NCBI GenBank assembly: GCA_965203295.1
Contig: CBDBCZ010000018.1
Location: 128,001 to 192,000 of the forward strand
DNA length: 64,000 bases
From: Nitrospirales bacterium
GTDB lineage: Bacteria > Nitrospirota > Nitrospiria > Nitrospirales > UBA8639
Reading direction: 5' to 3'
Shown: one piece after another, positions 38,571-51,100 of the stretch
Numbering within the stretch: the first letter of the stretch is position 1
Layout: every line of letters starts with the position of its first letter
Notes under the pieces: model-generated
What the model was told of the DNA's origin: nothing
The model's database searches: none
What the model saw: the letters and a program-made list of their open reading frames with translations, nothing else
Program-made: the position numbers and the translations under genes

Positions 38571-39867
38571 TAATGTGATGGATAATATTATGATCATGGA
38601 GTTCACGCATCTCATGTCAGTTGGTGCCGCTTCCTGTACAGTTGTCACCGGCATTGTGGTCCTACAGCAAACACATAAGAACAGCATGTAACTACAACCC
38701 CATAAAAAACACTGGGCACACAACTCGCCAAACCACAACTATCTGCGAACACCACCAAAACCACCCCCAACACACCTCGGCAGCAGCCTCCTCCCCCTCC
38801 TTTACCACCTCGTGAGCATGAAGCTGGCTGCCTCCTTGCGGTTCTTGCCCCCGACCTAAATAAAACACAACTACGCATTACAACTACAAATACAACAGAT
38901 CCCAACACGCTGTACACAAACAAACACGCGCTTAATCACCGTCCTCACCGAAGTCATCTGATTCAAACGGGGCCCAAAATTCTGGGCCTTGCTCTTCTAG
39001 GAATTTCACCATTTCTTCCGCCATGCTGCAATTGACACAAAAAGAAACACTGCACCTATATACACACAAGCAATTCTCCCAACACCGGATATCAAATGCA
39101 AACGGGTGGAGCTGAAAACACGCCCCCTTCACACAATATGACGCGAAATAAAGATGGAGCTGAAGCTATGCCCACACAAGCGCTCTACTATTTCACTGCC
39201 TCCACTTGCACACTTGTGCATTTTGCGAACTACGGAGATGCAGACCGTGGAACGTAAGTCAACGGCCACCCTTTCACCCACTATACAACACCTCACCCTT
39301 CCTTCTTTCTCCAGAACAACTCCGGCGAGTGTCGATCAACGGCCGCCGCCCTCCCCGCAACCACCGGCACAGCAGCCCCTGGGCAACAGCACACCCGACC
39401 ACCCTTGGCAACACGCCGAGGGCACCCACCATCCCGGGCCCCCCATCGAGCCACTAACAGAAACGGATCCTCCTCTCAACGAGGGCAGCGGCAACCAGCA
39501 AACCGCTGACGGCAACGACGCCAACCCCCCCCCCCCCCCCCCCCCCACCGCTGCCGTCGACATGCCCCCTATGTACGTTCCACCACCTGTACAAATGCAT
39601 GCTCCACCCTTCACCCCACATCTTCCAACACAGAACAAACCCTTCTCCTTTATCAATCCCCAGGGGCGCACCACCATTAATGTATACCAACTGCTCCCGG
39701 GGTATCAGCTGCCCCTACCACCAGCGCCTCAATGAACTTCTATTTATCTTCCTGTAACCATCGATCATGATTCTAATCTGTATAACCTGTACACTTATAC
39801 ACTCTTGAACTGTAACCATCCAATCAAATGAAATTAATCACTTGCCAACTCCAACGATTCCTGCACG

Positions 39868-40207
39868 CTGAATGCACGCATGGTGAGACAGTGGTGGTGG
39901 CAAAACAAATGAGCCACAGCCCAGCCACCTCGGCAAAATATTATGACCTCGTACAAGGAAAGGCAGCAACTGTTCACGCTCGCCACATCAGAGAGCGAGT
40001 CATGACTGAGGCCAGAGAAGTCACGGAGGAGCAGCAAGGCTACACAGACCAAGAAGCAGCCATCAGAAATACTTCAAGAAATTCATAAAGACTAGGAGTT
40101 CCCTTACCAGCTGCCATCTGTGCGACATTTTTGTCGCTGAACAAGTACATTAATCGTACAAAAAGTAAATTCAGGACAAGATTCGGGCCATTAACTCACG
40201 CCGATAA
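39868..40207 (+). pseudogene. Third copy of the YR-4 3' end (internal ~30 bp deletion)
   Basis: Same QMSHSPATSAKYY segment and the same upstream junction. Confidence 0.9.
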
Positions 40208-40273
40208 GTGAGTAAAAATACATCTACCCTTAATTACGTAATAAATGCGTAGCCCACATGCGAATTGCCTCTT

Positions 40274-41401
40274 AGTGAACTCTATCTTAAAAACTTTCCT
40301 GCTTTAAAATACGAGCATTAGCATTTTAGTCTTTCTTCTCAGTAGCTATGGTGTGCAAAGGTATGTGAGCGTCTGGACGTCCAAGAAGTGAAGTCAACCC
40401 TCGACAAGTGCGGCATTACAAACCGCAGCATTGGATTTGTACACACCAAGACTCCTCCAGCAGCTTCTGCCTGTAAATTGCACATTTCATATGGGATAAA
40501 ATAGTTTTAACATTTATACGGCTCCTTAAGCTGCTTCAAACTGTAACTTAATCACACAAATCGTTCAATATTTTAAAATACTCTCCATCTTCATTCTCCT
40601 TAAACTATAGCTTCAGGTGCTTTCAGAAAGCAAACGGGCCCCGTGCTAGTCGGTTCCACATTTGCAATGGACAGGAAGGAGTGTTCCCTGTACCTTTTGT
40701 TAAGCAATACTGAACAATTTCTGTGATACCAGAAGTGAATGGTTGGACTCACGACATGACTACATGGGACAAGGTAAATCATCACTTATTTGTCAGCAAC
40801 ACATAATATTTATTGCATGACTGACAGTCCGAGTAAAGTTGAACTGTATGTGCATGATTGTTGAATTATAATAATGTAATATCCAGGTGGAGATGTGTAG
40901 GATGACGCTGTATGACCTCTCAAGTACAGACGAAACAGAGGAGGTTCCAAGCAAGAAGCCAGAGAACTGGAAATCCAAGTGTTCTGAGATACCCATGCAG
41001 AGTGCATGTAAGTTTTGTTGAGTTCAATGCTATTTAAATGCTACTAGGAAAACCTTTCCTGCTTGAAAATACGAGCATTAGCATTTCAGTCTTTCTTCTC
41101 ATAGTAGCTATAGTGTGCAGTGGTGTGTGAGTGTCTGGACGTCCAAGAAGTGAAGGCAACCCTCGACAAGTGTGGCATTACAAACCACAGCATTGGATTT
41201 GTACACACCAAGACTCCTCCAGCAGCTTCTGCCTGTAAGTTGCACATTTCATATGGGATAAAATAGTTTAGCATTTATACGGCTCCTTAAGATGCTTCAA
41301 ATTGTAACTTAATAACACAATTCGTTCAATATTTTAAAATACTCTCCATCTTCATTCTTATTAAACTATAGCTTCTGGTGCTTTCAGAAAGCAAACGGGC
41401 C
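40274..41401. repeat. ~767 bp tandem repeat array 3 (~1.5 units)
   Basis: Anchors at 40274 and 41054. Confidence 0.92.
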
Positions 41402-41432
41402 TAGCCAGGCCAAAGTGCCCCGCCAGACTAGT

Positions 41433-42040
41433 GTGCCCGCTCCGGAAATACTAATCGCCGGTGAAGAGACATACGACATTCCCATAGACAGGCCCCTGCC
41501 TTCAGACGACTGGAAGAGGGAGCCATTCAAATGCTCGCCGCACACTCACAAATGACAATCGCCGACCGCCTTTCCGAGCCGGACAGGCCTTGCGAGCTGC
41601 GCTGCCGGGAAATAGCGCCTCATACACGTGTGCGCATTGTCGGCGACGGGAACTGCCTCTTTCGCACATTTTCCTGACATCTCACCGGCACGGAAGGCAA
41701 CCACACGGCCATCTGACAAGCACTACTGACTGGCCCACCTCCGTCGCAACCCCCACTACATGCAATGTGAGCTGCGGGGTGTGGACAGAGTCGTGCACAC
41801 AGACTGTGACACACGATACTACACTTCTGGCTGGAGTATGCCGAGAGCTACATCGAAGCGCAAGCCCGCGCTCGAGGCTCTGCAAGGTGGAGGACCGATT
41901 TCCACGTCTGACTTCTGGTAGACTTGCTCAATGTCAACGTAGTGATCTTCACAGACTTCTACGGGTTGGTCAATATGCATTGTACATATCACACACCGAG
42001 CCTAGATCACTACGACTGTGTCTTTCCCCACATGTGCGTC
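41433..42040 (+). pseudogene. OTU protease pseudogene, copy 3 (most diverged)
   Basis: IVGDGNCLFRTFS* ... LDHYDCV, with extra indels. Confidence 0.8.
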
Positions 42041-42138
42041 CTTCACGATTCCACTAGCACGATCACGGTCCGGCGCCCATTTGTGGCCCGATACGGCATT
42101 GCCTACTGCTTTGCACAACACGTGCATGTACCTGAGCA

Positions 42139-45100
42139 GGCCGACTGAACCGCCTGGCTGTTTGCCGACTGAACCGCCTGTTCGGTTACCGCACAGGGCT
42201 GTTCGCTGACCTAACAGCCTGTTCGGTGACCGCACATGGCTGTTCGCTGATCGAACCGCCTTTTCGGTGACCGCACAGGGTTGTTCGCTGACTGAACGAC
42301 CTGTTCGGCGACTGCACAGTGCTGTTCACTGACCGAACAGCCTGTTCGGTGACCGCACTAGGCTGTTTGCTGAACGAACCGCCAGTTTGGTTACTGCGCA
42401 GGATAGTTCGCTGACCGAACAGCCTGTTTGGTTACCGCACAGCCCAGTTCGCTGACCGAACCACGTGTTCGGTGACCGCACAGCCCTGTTCGCTGACCAA
42501 ACAGCCTGTTCAACGACCGCACAAGGCTGTTTGCGGACCGAACCGCCAGCTTGGTTGTTTCACAGGGCTTTTTGCTGACCGAAAAACCTTTTTGGTTACC
42601 GCACAGCCCTGTTCGCTGACCAAACTACGTGTTCGGTGAAAGCACAGGGCTGTTCGCTGATCGAACAGCCGGTTTCGTGACAGCACAAGGCTGTTCGCTG
42701 AATGAACCGCCAGTTCGGTGACGGCACAAGGTTGTTCGCTAACCGAACCTCCTGTTCGGTTACCGCACAGGGCTGTTCGCTGACCGAACCGCCTATTTTG
42801 TTACCGCACAGCCCTGTTCGCTGACTGAACAGCCTGTTTGGTGACCGCAACTGGCGGTTCGCTGACCGAACCGCCTGTTTGGTTACCGCACAGGGCAGTT
42901 CGCCGAGCAAACAGCCTGTTCGGCGACCGCACAGGGTTGTTCGCTGACCAAACCGCCTGTTTGGTTACCGCACAGCCCTGTTCACAGACAGAACAGCCTG
43001 TTCTGTGACAGCACATGGCTGTTCGCTGACCGAACCGCATGTTCCGTGACCGAACAGGGTTGTTCGCTGACCGAACCGCCTGTTCAGTGAGCGCACAGGG
43101 TTGTTGGCCGACTGAACCGCCTGTTCCGTTACCGCACAGGGCTGTTCGCTGACCTAACAGCCTGTTCGGTGACCGCACATGGCTGTTCGCTGATCGAACC
43201 GCCTTTTCGGTGACCGCACAGGGTAGTTCGCTGACTGAACGACCTGTTCGGCGACTGCACAGTGCTGTTCACTGACTGAACAGCCTGTTCGGTGACCGCA
43301 CTAGGCTGTTTGCTGAACGAACCGCCAGTTTGGTTACTGCACAGGATAGTTCGCTGACCGAACAGCCTGTTTGGTTACCGCACAGCCTAGTTCGCTGACC
43401 GAACCACGTGTTCGGTGACCGCACAGCCCTGTTCGCTGACCAAACAGCCTGTTCAACGACCGCACAAGGCTGTTTGCTGACCGAACCGCCAGCTTGGTTG
43501 TTTCACAGGGCTTTTTGCTGACCGAAAAACCTTTTTGGTTACCGCACAGCCCTGTTCGCTGACCAAACTACGTGTTCGGTGAAAGCACAGGGCTGTTCGC
43601 TGATCGAACAGCCGGTTTCGTGACCGCACAAGGCTGTTCGCTGAATGAACCGCCAGTTCGGTGACGGCACAAGGTTGTTCGCTAACCGAACCTCCTGTTC
43701 GGTTACCGCACAGGGCTGTTCGCTGACCGAACCGCCTATTTTGTTACCGCACAGCCCTGTTCGCTGACTGAACAGCCTGTTTGGTGACCGCAACTGGCAG
43801 TTTGCTGACCGAACCGCCTGTTTGGTTACCGCACAGGGCAGTTCGCCGAGCAAACAGCCTGTTCGGCTACCGCACAGGGTTGTTCGCTGACCAAACCGCC
43901 TGTTTGGTTACCGCACAGCCCTGTTCACAGACAGAACAGCCTGTTCTGTGACAGCACATGGCTGTTCGCTGACCGAACCGCATGTTCCGTGACCGAACAG
44001 GGTTGTTCGCTGACCGAACCGCCTGTTCAGTGAGCGCACAGGGTTGTTGGCTGACTGAACCGCCTGTTCCGTTACCGCACAGGGCTGTTCGCTGACCTAA
44101 CAGCCTGTTCGGTGACCGCACATGGCTGTTCGCTGATCGAACCGCCTTTTCGGTGACCGCACAGGGTTGTTCGCTGACTGAACGACCTGTTCGGCGACTG
44201 CACAGTGCTGTTCACTGATTGAACAGCCTGTTCGGTGACCGCACTAGGCTGTTTGCTGAACGAACCGCCAGTTTGGTTACTGCACAGGATAGTTCGCTGA
44301 CCGAACAGCCTGTTTGGTTACCGCACAGCCCAGTTCGCTGACCGAACCACGTGTTCGGTGACCGCACAGCCCTGTTCACTGACCAAACAGCCTGTTCAAC
44401 GACTGCACAAGGCTGTTTGCTGACTGAACCGCCAGCTTGGTTGTTTCACAGGGCTTTTTGCTGACCGAAAAACCTTTTTGGTTACCGCACAGCCCTGTTC
44501 GCTGACCAAACTATGTGTTCGGTGAAAGCACAGGGCTGTTCGCTGATCGAACAGCCGGTTTGGTGACCGCACAAGGCTGTTTGCTGAACGAACCGCCAGT
44601 TCGGTGACGGCACAAGGTTGTTCGCTAACCGAACCTCCTGTTCGGTTACCGCACAGGGCTGTTCGCTGACCGAACCGGCTATTTTGTTACCGCACAGCCC
44701 TGTTCGCTGACTGAACAGCCTGTTTGGTGACCGCAACTGGCGGTTCGCTGACCGAACCGCCTGTTTGGTTACCGCACAGGGCAGTTCGCCGAGCAAACAG
44801 CCTGTTCGGCGACCGCACAGGGCTGTTCGCTAACCGAACAGCCTGTTTGGCGACCGCACAAGGCTGTTCGCTGACCAAACCACAAGCTTGGTTAGTGCAC
44901 AGGGCTTATAGCTGATCGAACAGCCTGTTTGGTTACCGCACAGCCCTGTTCTCTGACCAAACCACATGTTCGGTGACCGCACAGCCCTGTTCGCTGACCG
45001 CACAGCCCTGTTCGCTGACCAAACTGCCTGTTTGGTTACCGCACAGAGCTGTTCACTGACCGAACAGCCTGTTCGGCGACCGCACAGGGTTGTTTGCTGA

Positions 45101-48100
45101 CCGAACCGCCTGTTTGGTTACCACACAGCCGAGTTCGCTGACCAAACGACATTTTCAGTGACCACACAGGGCTGTTCGCTGACCGAACAGAATGGTCGGT
45201 GACCGCACAAGGCTGTTCGCTGAACGAACCTCCAGTTTGGTTACTGCACAGGATTGTTCGCTGACCGAACAGCCTGTTTGATTACCGCACAGCCCAGTTG
45301 GCTGACCGAACCACGTGTTCGGTGACCGCACAGCCCTGTTCGCTGACCAAACCGCCTGATTGGTTACCGCACAGGGCTGTTCGCTGACCTAACAGCCTGT
45401 TCGGTGACCACACAGGGTTGTTCGCTGATCGAACAGCTTGTTCGGTGACCACACAAGGCTGGTCTATGAACGAATCGCCAGTTTGCTAACTGCACAGTTC
45501 GCTGACCAAACCACATCTTCAGTGAAAACACAGGGCTGTTCGCTGATCGAACAGAATGCTCGGTGACCGCACAAGGCTGTTCGCTGAACGAACCTCCAGT
45601 TTGGTTACTGCACAGGATTGTTTGCTGACCGAACAGCCTGTTTGGTTACCGCACAGCCCAGTTCGCTGATCGAACCACGTGTTCGGTGACCGCACAGCCC
45701 TGTTCGCTGACCAGACCGCCTGTTTGGTTACCGCACAGGGCTGTTCGCTGACCGAACAGCCTGTTCAGTGACCGCACAGCCCAGTTCGTTGACCAAACCG
45801 CCTGTTTGGTTACCGCACAGGGCTGTTCGCTGACCAAACAGCCTGTTCGGTGACTGCACAGGGTTGTTCGCTGACCGAACCGCCTGTTTGGTTACCACAC
45901 AGCCCTGTTCGCTGACTGAATGCCTGTTCGCTGATCGAACAGCCTGTTCGGTGACCACACAAGGCTTCTTGCTGAACAAATTGCCAGTTTACTAACTGCA
46001 CAGGGCTATTCGCTGACCGAACAACCTGTTTGGTTACCGCACTGCCCAGTTCGCTGACTGAATCACGTGTTCGGTGACCACACAGCCCTGTTCGCTTACC
46101 GAACCGCCTGTTTGGTTATCGCACATGGCAGTTCGCTGAGTGAACAGACTGTTCGGTGACCGCACAGGGCTGTTCGCTGACCGAACAGCCTCTTCGGCGA
46201 CCGCACAGGGTTGTTTGCTGACCAAACCGCCTGTTTGGTTACCGCACAGGGCTGTTCGCTGACCGAACAGCCTGTTCAGTGACCGCACAGCCCAGTTCGC
46301 TGACCAAACCGCCTATTTGGTTACCGCACAGGGCTGTTCGCTGACCAAACAGCCTGTTCGGTGACCACACAGGGTTGTTCGCTGACTGAACCGCCTGTTT
46401 GGTTACCGCACAGCCCTGTTCACAGACTGAACTGCCTGTTCTGTGACCGCAACTGGCTGTTCGCTGAACGAACCGCCGGTTTGGTGACCGCACAGGGTTG
46501 TTCGGTGACCGCACAGGATATTTCGCTGACAGAACAACCTGTTTGGTTACCCCACAGGGCTGTTCGCTAACCGAACAGCCTGTTTGGCGACCGCACAAGG
46601 CTGTTTGCTGACCGAACCACAAGCTTGGTTAGTGCACAGGGCTTATAGCTGACCGAACAGCCTGTTTGGTTACCGCACAGCCCAGTTCGCTGACCAAACT
46701 ACGTGTTCGGTGACAGCACAGGGATGTTCGCTGAACGAACCTCCAGTTCGGTGACCACACAGGGTTGTTCGCTGATCGAACCGCCTGTTCGGTGACCGCA
46801 CAGGGTTGTTTGCTGATCGAACCGCCTGTTTGGTTACCGCACAGCCCTGTTCGCTGACCAAACCACGTGTTCGGTGACCACACAGGGCTGTTCGCTGACC
46901 AAACAGCATGCTCAGTGACCGCACAAGTCTATTCACAGAACGAACCGCCTTTTTGGTTACCGCACAACACTGTTCGCTGACCAAACTACATTTTTGGTGA
47001 CTGCACAGGGCTGTTCGCTGACCGAACAGCCTGTTCGGTGACCGCACAGGGTTGTTCGCTGACCGAACCTCCTGTTTGGTTACCGCACAGGGCTCTTCGC
47101 TGACCGAACAGCCTGTTCGGTGACCGCACAGAGTGGTTCGCTGACCGAACCGCCTGTTTGGTTACCACACAGCCCTGTTCGCTGACCAAATCACGTGTTC
47201 GGTGACCGCACAGCCCTGTTCGCTGACCAAACCGCCTGTTTGGTTACCGCACAGGGCTGTTCGCTGATCAAACAGCCTGTTCGGTGACAACACAGGGTTG
47301 TTCGCTGACTGAACCGCCTGTTTGTTTACCGCACAGCCCTGTTCGCTGGCTGAACAGACTGTTCGGTTACCGCACATGGCTGTTCGCTGACCGAACAGCC
47401 GGTTCGGTGACCGCATAGGGTTGTTCGGTGACCGCACTGGATATTTCGCTGACAGAACTGCCTGTTTGATTACCGCACAGGGCTGTTCGCTGACCGAACA
47501 GCCCGTTCGGTGATCGCACAAGGCTGTTCGCTGACTGAACCGCCAGCTTGGTTACTGCACATGGCTTTTCGCTGACCGAACAGCCTGTTTGGTTACCGCA
47601 TAGCCCTGTTCGCTGATCAAACTACGTGTTCGGTGACCGCACAGGGCTGTTCGCTGATCGAACAGCCTGTTCGGTGACCGCACAAGGCTGTTCTATGAAC
47701 GAATTGCCAGTTTGCTAACTGCACAGTTCGCTGACCAAACCACATCTTCAGTGAAAACACAGCGCTGTTCGCTGACCGAACAGAATGCTCGGTGACCGCA
47801 CAAGGCTGTTCGCTGAACGAACCTCCAGTTTGGTTACTGCACAGGATTGTTTGCTGACCGAACAGCCTGTTTGGTTACCGCACAGCCCAGTTCGCTGATC
47901 GAACCACGTGTTCGGTGACCGCACAGCCCTGTTCGCTGACCAAACCGCCTGTTTGGTTACCGCACAGGGCTGTTCGCTGACCGAACAGCCTGTTCAGTGA
48001 CCGCACAGCCCAGTTCGCTGACCAAACCGCCTGTTTGGTTACCGCACAGGGCTGTTCGCTGACCAAACAGCCTGTTCGGTGACTGCACAGGGTTGTTCGC

Positions 48101-51100
48101 TGACCGAACCGCCTGTTTTGTTACCACACAGCCCTGTTCGGTGACCACACAAGGCTTCTTGCTGAACAAATTGCCAGTTTACTAACTGCACAGGGCTATT
48201 CGCTGACCGAACAACCTGTTTGGTTACCGCACTGCCCAGTTCGCTGACTGAATCACGTGTTCGGTGACCACACAGCCCTGTTCGCTTACCGAACCGCCTG
48301 ATTGGTTATCGCACATGGCAGTTCGCTGAGTGAACAGCCTGTTCGGTGACCGCACAGGGCTGTTCGCTGACCAAACAGCCTGTTCGGTGACCGCACAGGG
48401 TTGTTCGCTGACCGAACCGCCAGTTCCATGACCGCACAGGATTGTTCGCTGACCGAACCGCCTGTTCAATTACCGCACTGGGCTGTTCGCTGACCGAACC
48501 GCCTGTTCGGTGACCGCACAGGGTTGTTCGCTGACTGAACCGCCTGTTCGGTGACCGCACAGGGCTGTTGGCTGACCGAACAGCCTGTTCTGTGACGGCA
48601 GAAGGCTGTTCGCTTAAGGAGCCGCCAGTTTGGTTACTGCACAAGGTTGTTCGCTGACCGAACAGCCTGTTTGGTTACCGCACAGCCCAGTTCGCTGACC
48701 GAACCACGTGTTCGGTGACCGCACAGCCCTGTTCGCTGACCAAACCGCCTGTCTAGTTACCGCACAGGGCTGTTCTCTGACTGAACAGTCTGTTCGGTGA
48801 TCGCACAGGGTTGTTTGCTGACCGAACCCCGTTTGGTTACCGCACAGCCCTGTTCGCTGACCAAACTACGTATTCAATGACCGCACAGGGATGTTCGCTG
48901 ATCGAACAGCTTGTTCGGTGACCGCACAAGGCTGTTCGCTGAACAAATCGCCAGTTTGCTAACTGCACAGGGCTGTTCGCTGACCGAACAGCCTGTTAGG
49001 TTACCGCACAACCCAGTTCGCTGACCGTGTTCGGTGACTACACAGCCCTGTTTGCTGACCGAACCGCCTGTTTGGTAACCGCACAGGGCAGTTCACTGAG
49101 CGAACAGCCTGTTCAGTGACCGCACAGGGTTGTTCGCAGACCAAACCGCCTGTTTGGTTACTGCACAGCCGTTCTCTGACCAAACCACGTGTTTGGTGAC
49201 CGCACAGGGCTGTTTGCTGATCGAACAGCCTGTTCAGTGACCGCACAAGGCTGTTTACTGAACGAATCGCCAGTTCGGTGACCACACAGGGTTGTTCGCT
49301 GACCGAACCGCCTGTTCGGTGACCGCACAGGGTTGTTCGCAGACCAAACCCCCGTTTTGGTTACTGCACAGCCGTTCTCTGACCAAACCACGTGTTTGGT
49401 GACCGCACAGGGCTGTTTGCTGATCGAACAGCCTGTTCAGTGACCGCACAAGGCTGTTTACTGAACGAATCGCCAGTTCGGTGACCACACAGGGTTGTTC
49501 GCTGACCGAACCGCCTGTTCGGTGACCGCACAGGGTTGTTCGCCGACCGAACCGCCTGTTCGGTTACCACACAGGGCTGTTCACTGATTGAACCGCCTGT
49601 TCGGTGTCCGCACAGGGTTGTTCGCTGACTGAACCGCCTGTTTGGTGACCGCACAGGGCTGTTCGCTGACCGAACAGCCTGTTCGGTGACCGCACAGGGT
49701 TGTTCGCTGACAGGGTTGTTCGCTGACTGAACCGCCTGTTCGGTGACCGCACAGGGCTGTTGGCTGACCGAACAGCCTGTTCTGTGACGGCAGAAGGCTG
49801 TTCGCTTAAGGAGCCGCCAGTTTGGTTACTGCACAAGGTTGTTCGCTGACCGAACAGCCTGTTTGGTTACCGCACAGCCCAGTTCGCTGACCGAACCACG
49901 TGTTCGGTGACCGCACAGCCCTGTTCGCTGACCAAACCGCCTGTCTAGTTACCGCACAGGGCTGTTCTCTGACTGAACAGTCTGTTCGGTGATCGCACAG
50001 GGTTGTTTGCTGACCGAACCCCGTTTGGTTACCGCACAGCCCTGTTCGCTGACCAAACTACGTATTCAATGACCGCACAGGGATGTTCGCTGATCGAACA
50101 GCTTGTTCGGTGACCGCACAAGGCTGTTCGCTGAACAAATCGCCAGTTTGCTAACTGCACAGGGCTGTTCGCTGACCGAACAGCCTGTTAGGTTACCGCA
50201 CAACCCAGTTCGCTGACCGTGTTCGGTGACTACACAGCCCTGTTTGCTGACCGAACCGCCTGTTTGGTAACCGCACAGGGCAGTTCACTGAGCGAACAGC
50301 CTGTTCAGTGACCGCACAGGGTTGTTCGCAGACCAAACCGCCTGTTTGGTTACTGCACAGCCGTTCTCTGACCAAACCACGTGTTTGGTGACCGCACAGG
50401 GCTGTTTGCTGATCGAACAGCCTGTTCAGTGACCGCACAAGGCTGTTTACTGAACGAATCGCCAGTTCGGTGACCACACAGGGTTGTTCGCTGACCGAAC
50501 CGCCTGTTCGGTGACCGCACAGGGTTGTTCGCAGACCAAACCCCCGTTTTGGTTACTGCACAGCCGTTCTCTGACCAAACCACGTGTTTGGTGACCGCAC
50601 AGGGCTGTTTGCTGATCGAACAGCCTGTTCAGTGACCGCACAAGGCTGTTTACTGAACGAATCGCCAGTTCGGTGACCACACAGGGTTGTTCGCTGACCG
50701 AACCGCCTGTTCGGTGACCGCACAGGGTTGTTCGCCGACCGAACCGCCTGTTCGGTTACCACACAGGGCTGTTCACTGATTGAACCGCCTGTTCGGTGTC
50801 CGCACAGGGTTGTTCGCTGACTGAACCGCCTGTTTGGTGACCGCACAGGGCTGTTCGCTGACCGAACAGCCTGTTCGGTGACCGCACAGGGTTGTTCGCT
50901 GACCGAACCGCCTGTTTGGTTACCGCACAGCCATGTTCGCTGCCTGAACAACCTGTTCAGGGACCGCACATGGCTGTTCGCTGACCGAACCGTCGGTTCG
51001 GTGACCGCACAGGATATTTCGCTGACTAAACTGCCTGTTTGGTTACCGCACAGGGCTGTTCGCTGACAGAACAGCCTGTTCGGCGATCGCACAAGGCTGT

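Larger units (their letters stand above)
32952..39867 (+). repeat. Segmental tandem duplication unit 2 (unit 1 = 25270-32951; unit 3 = 39868-~42140, truncated)
   Basis: Identical junction GATTCCTGCACG|CTGAATGCACGCATGG at 32952 and 39868 returning to YR-4 position 25270. Same order in each unit: YR tail, 767 bp repeats, OTU, CA-rich block, Pro-rich block. Confidence 0.93.

Noticed and set aside
26543..41274. Recurrent minus-strand ORFs such as MSISEHLDFQ... and MAFNSTKLTC...
   Set aside because: Antisense by-products of the 767 bp repeat; the splice signals point to the + strand.
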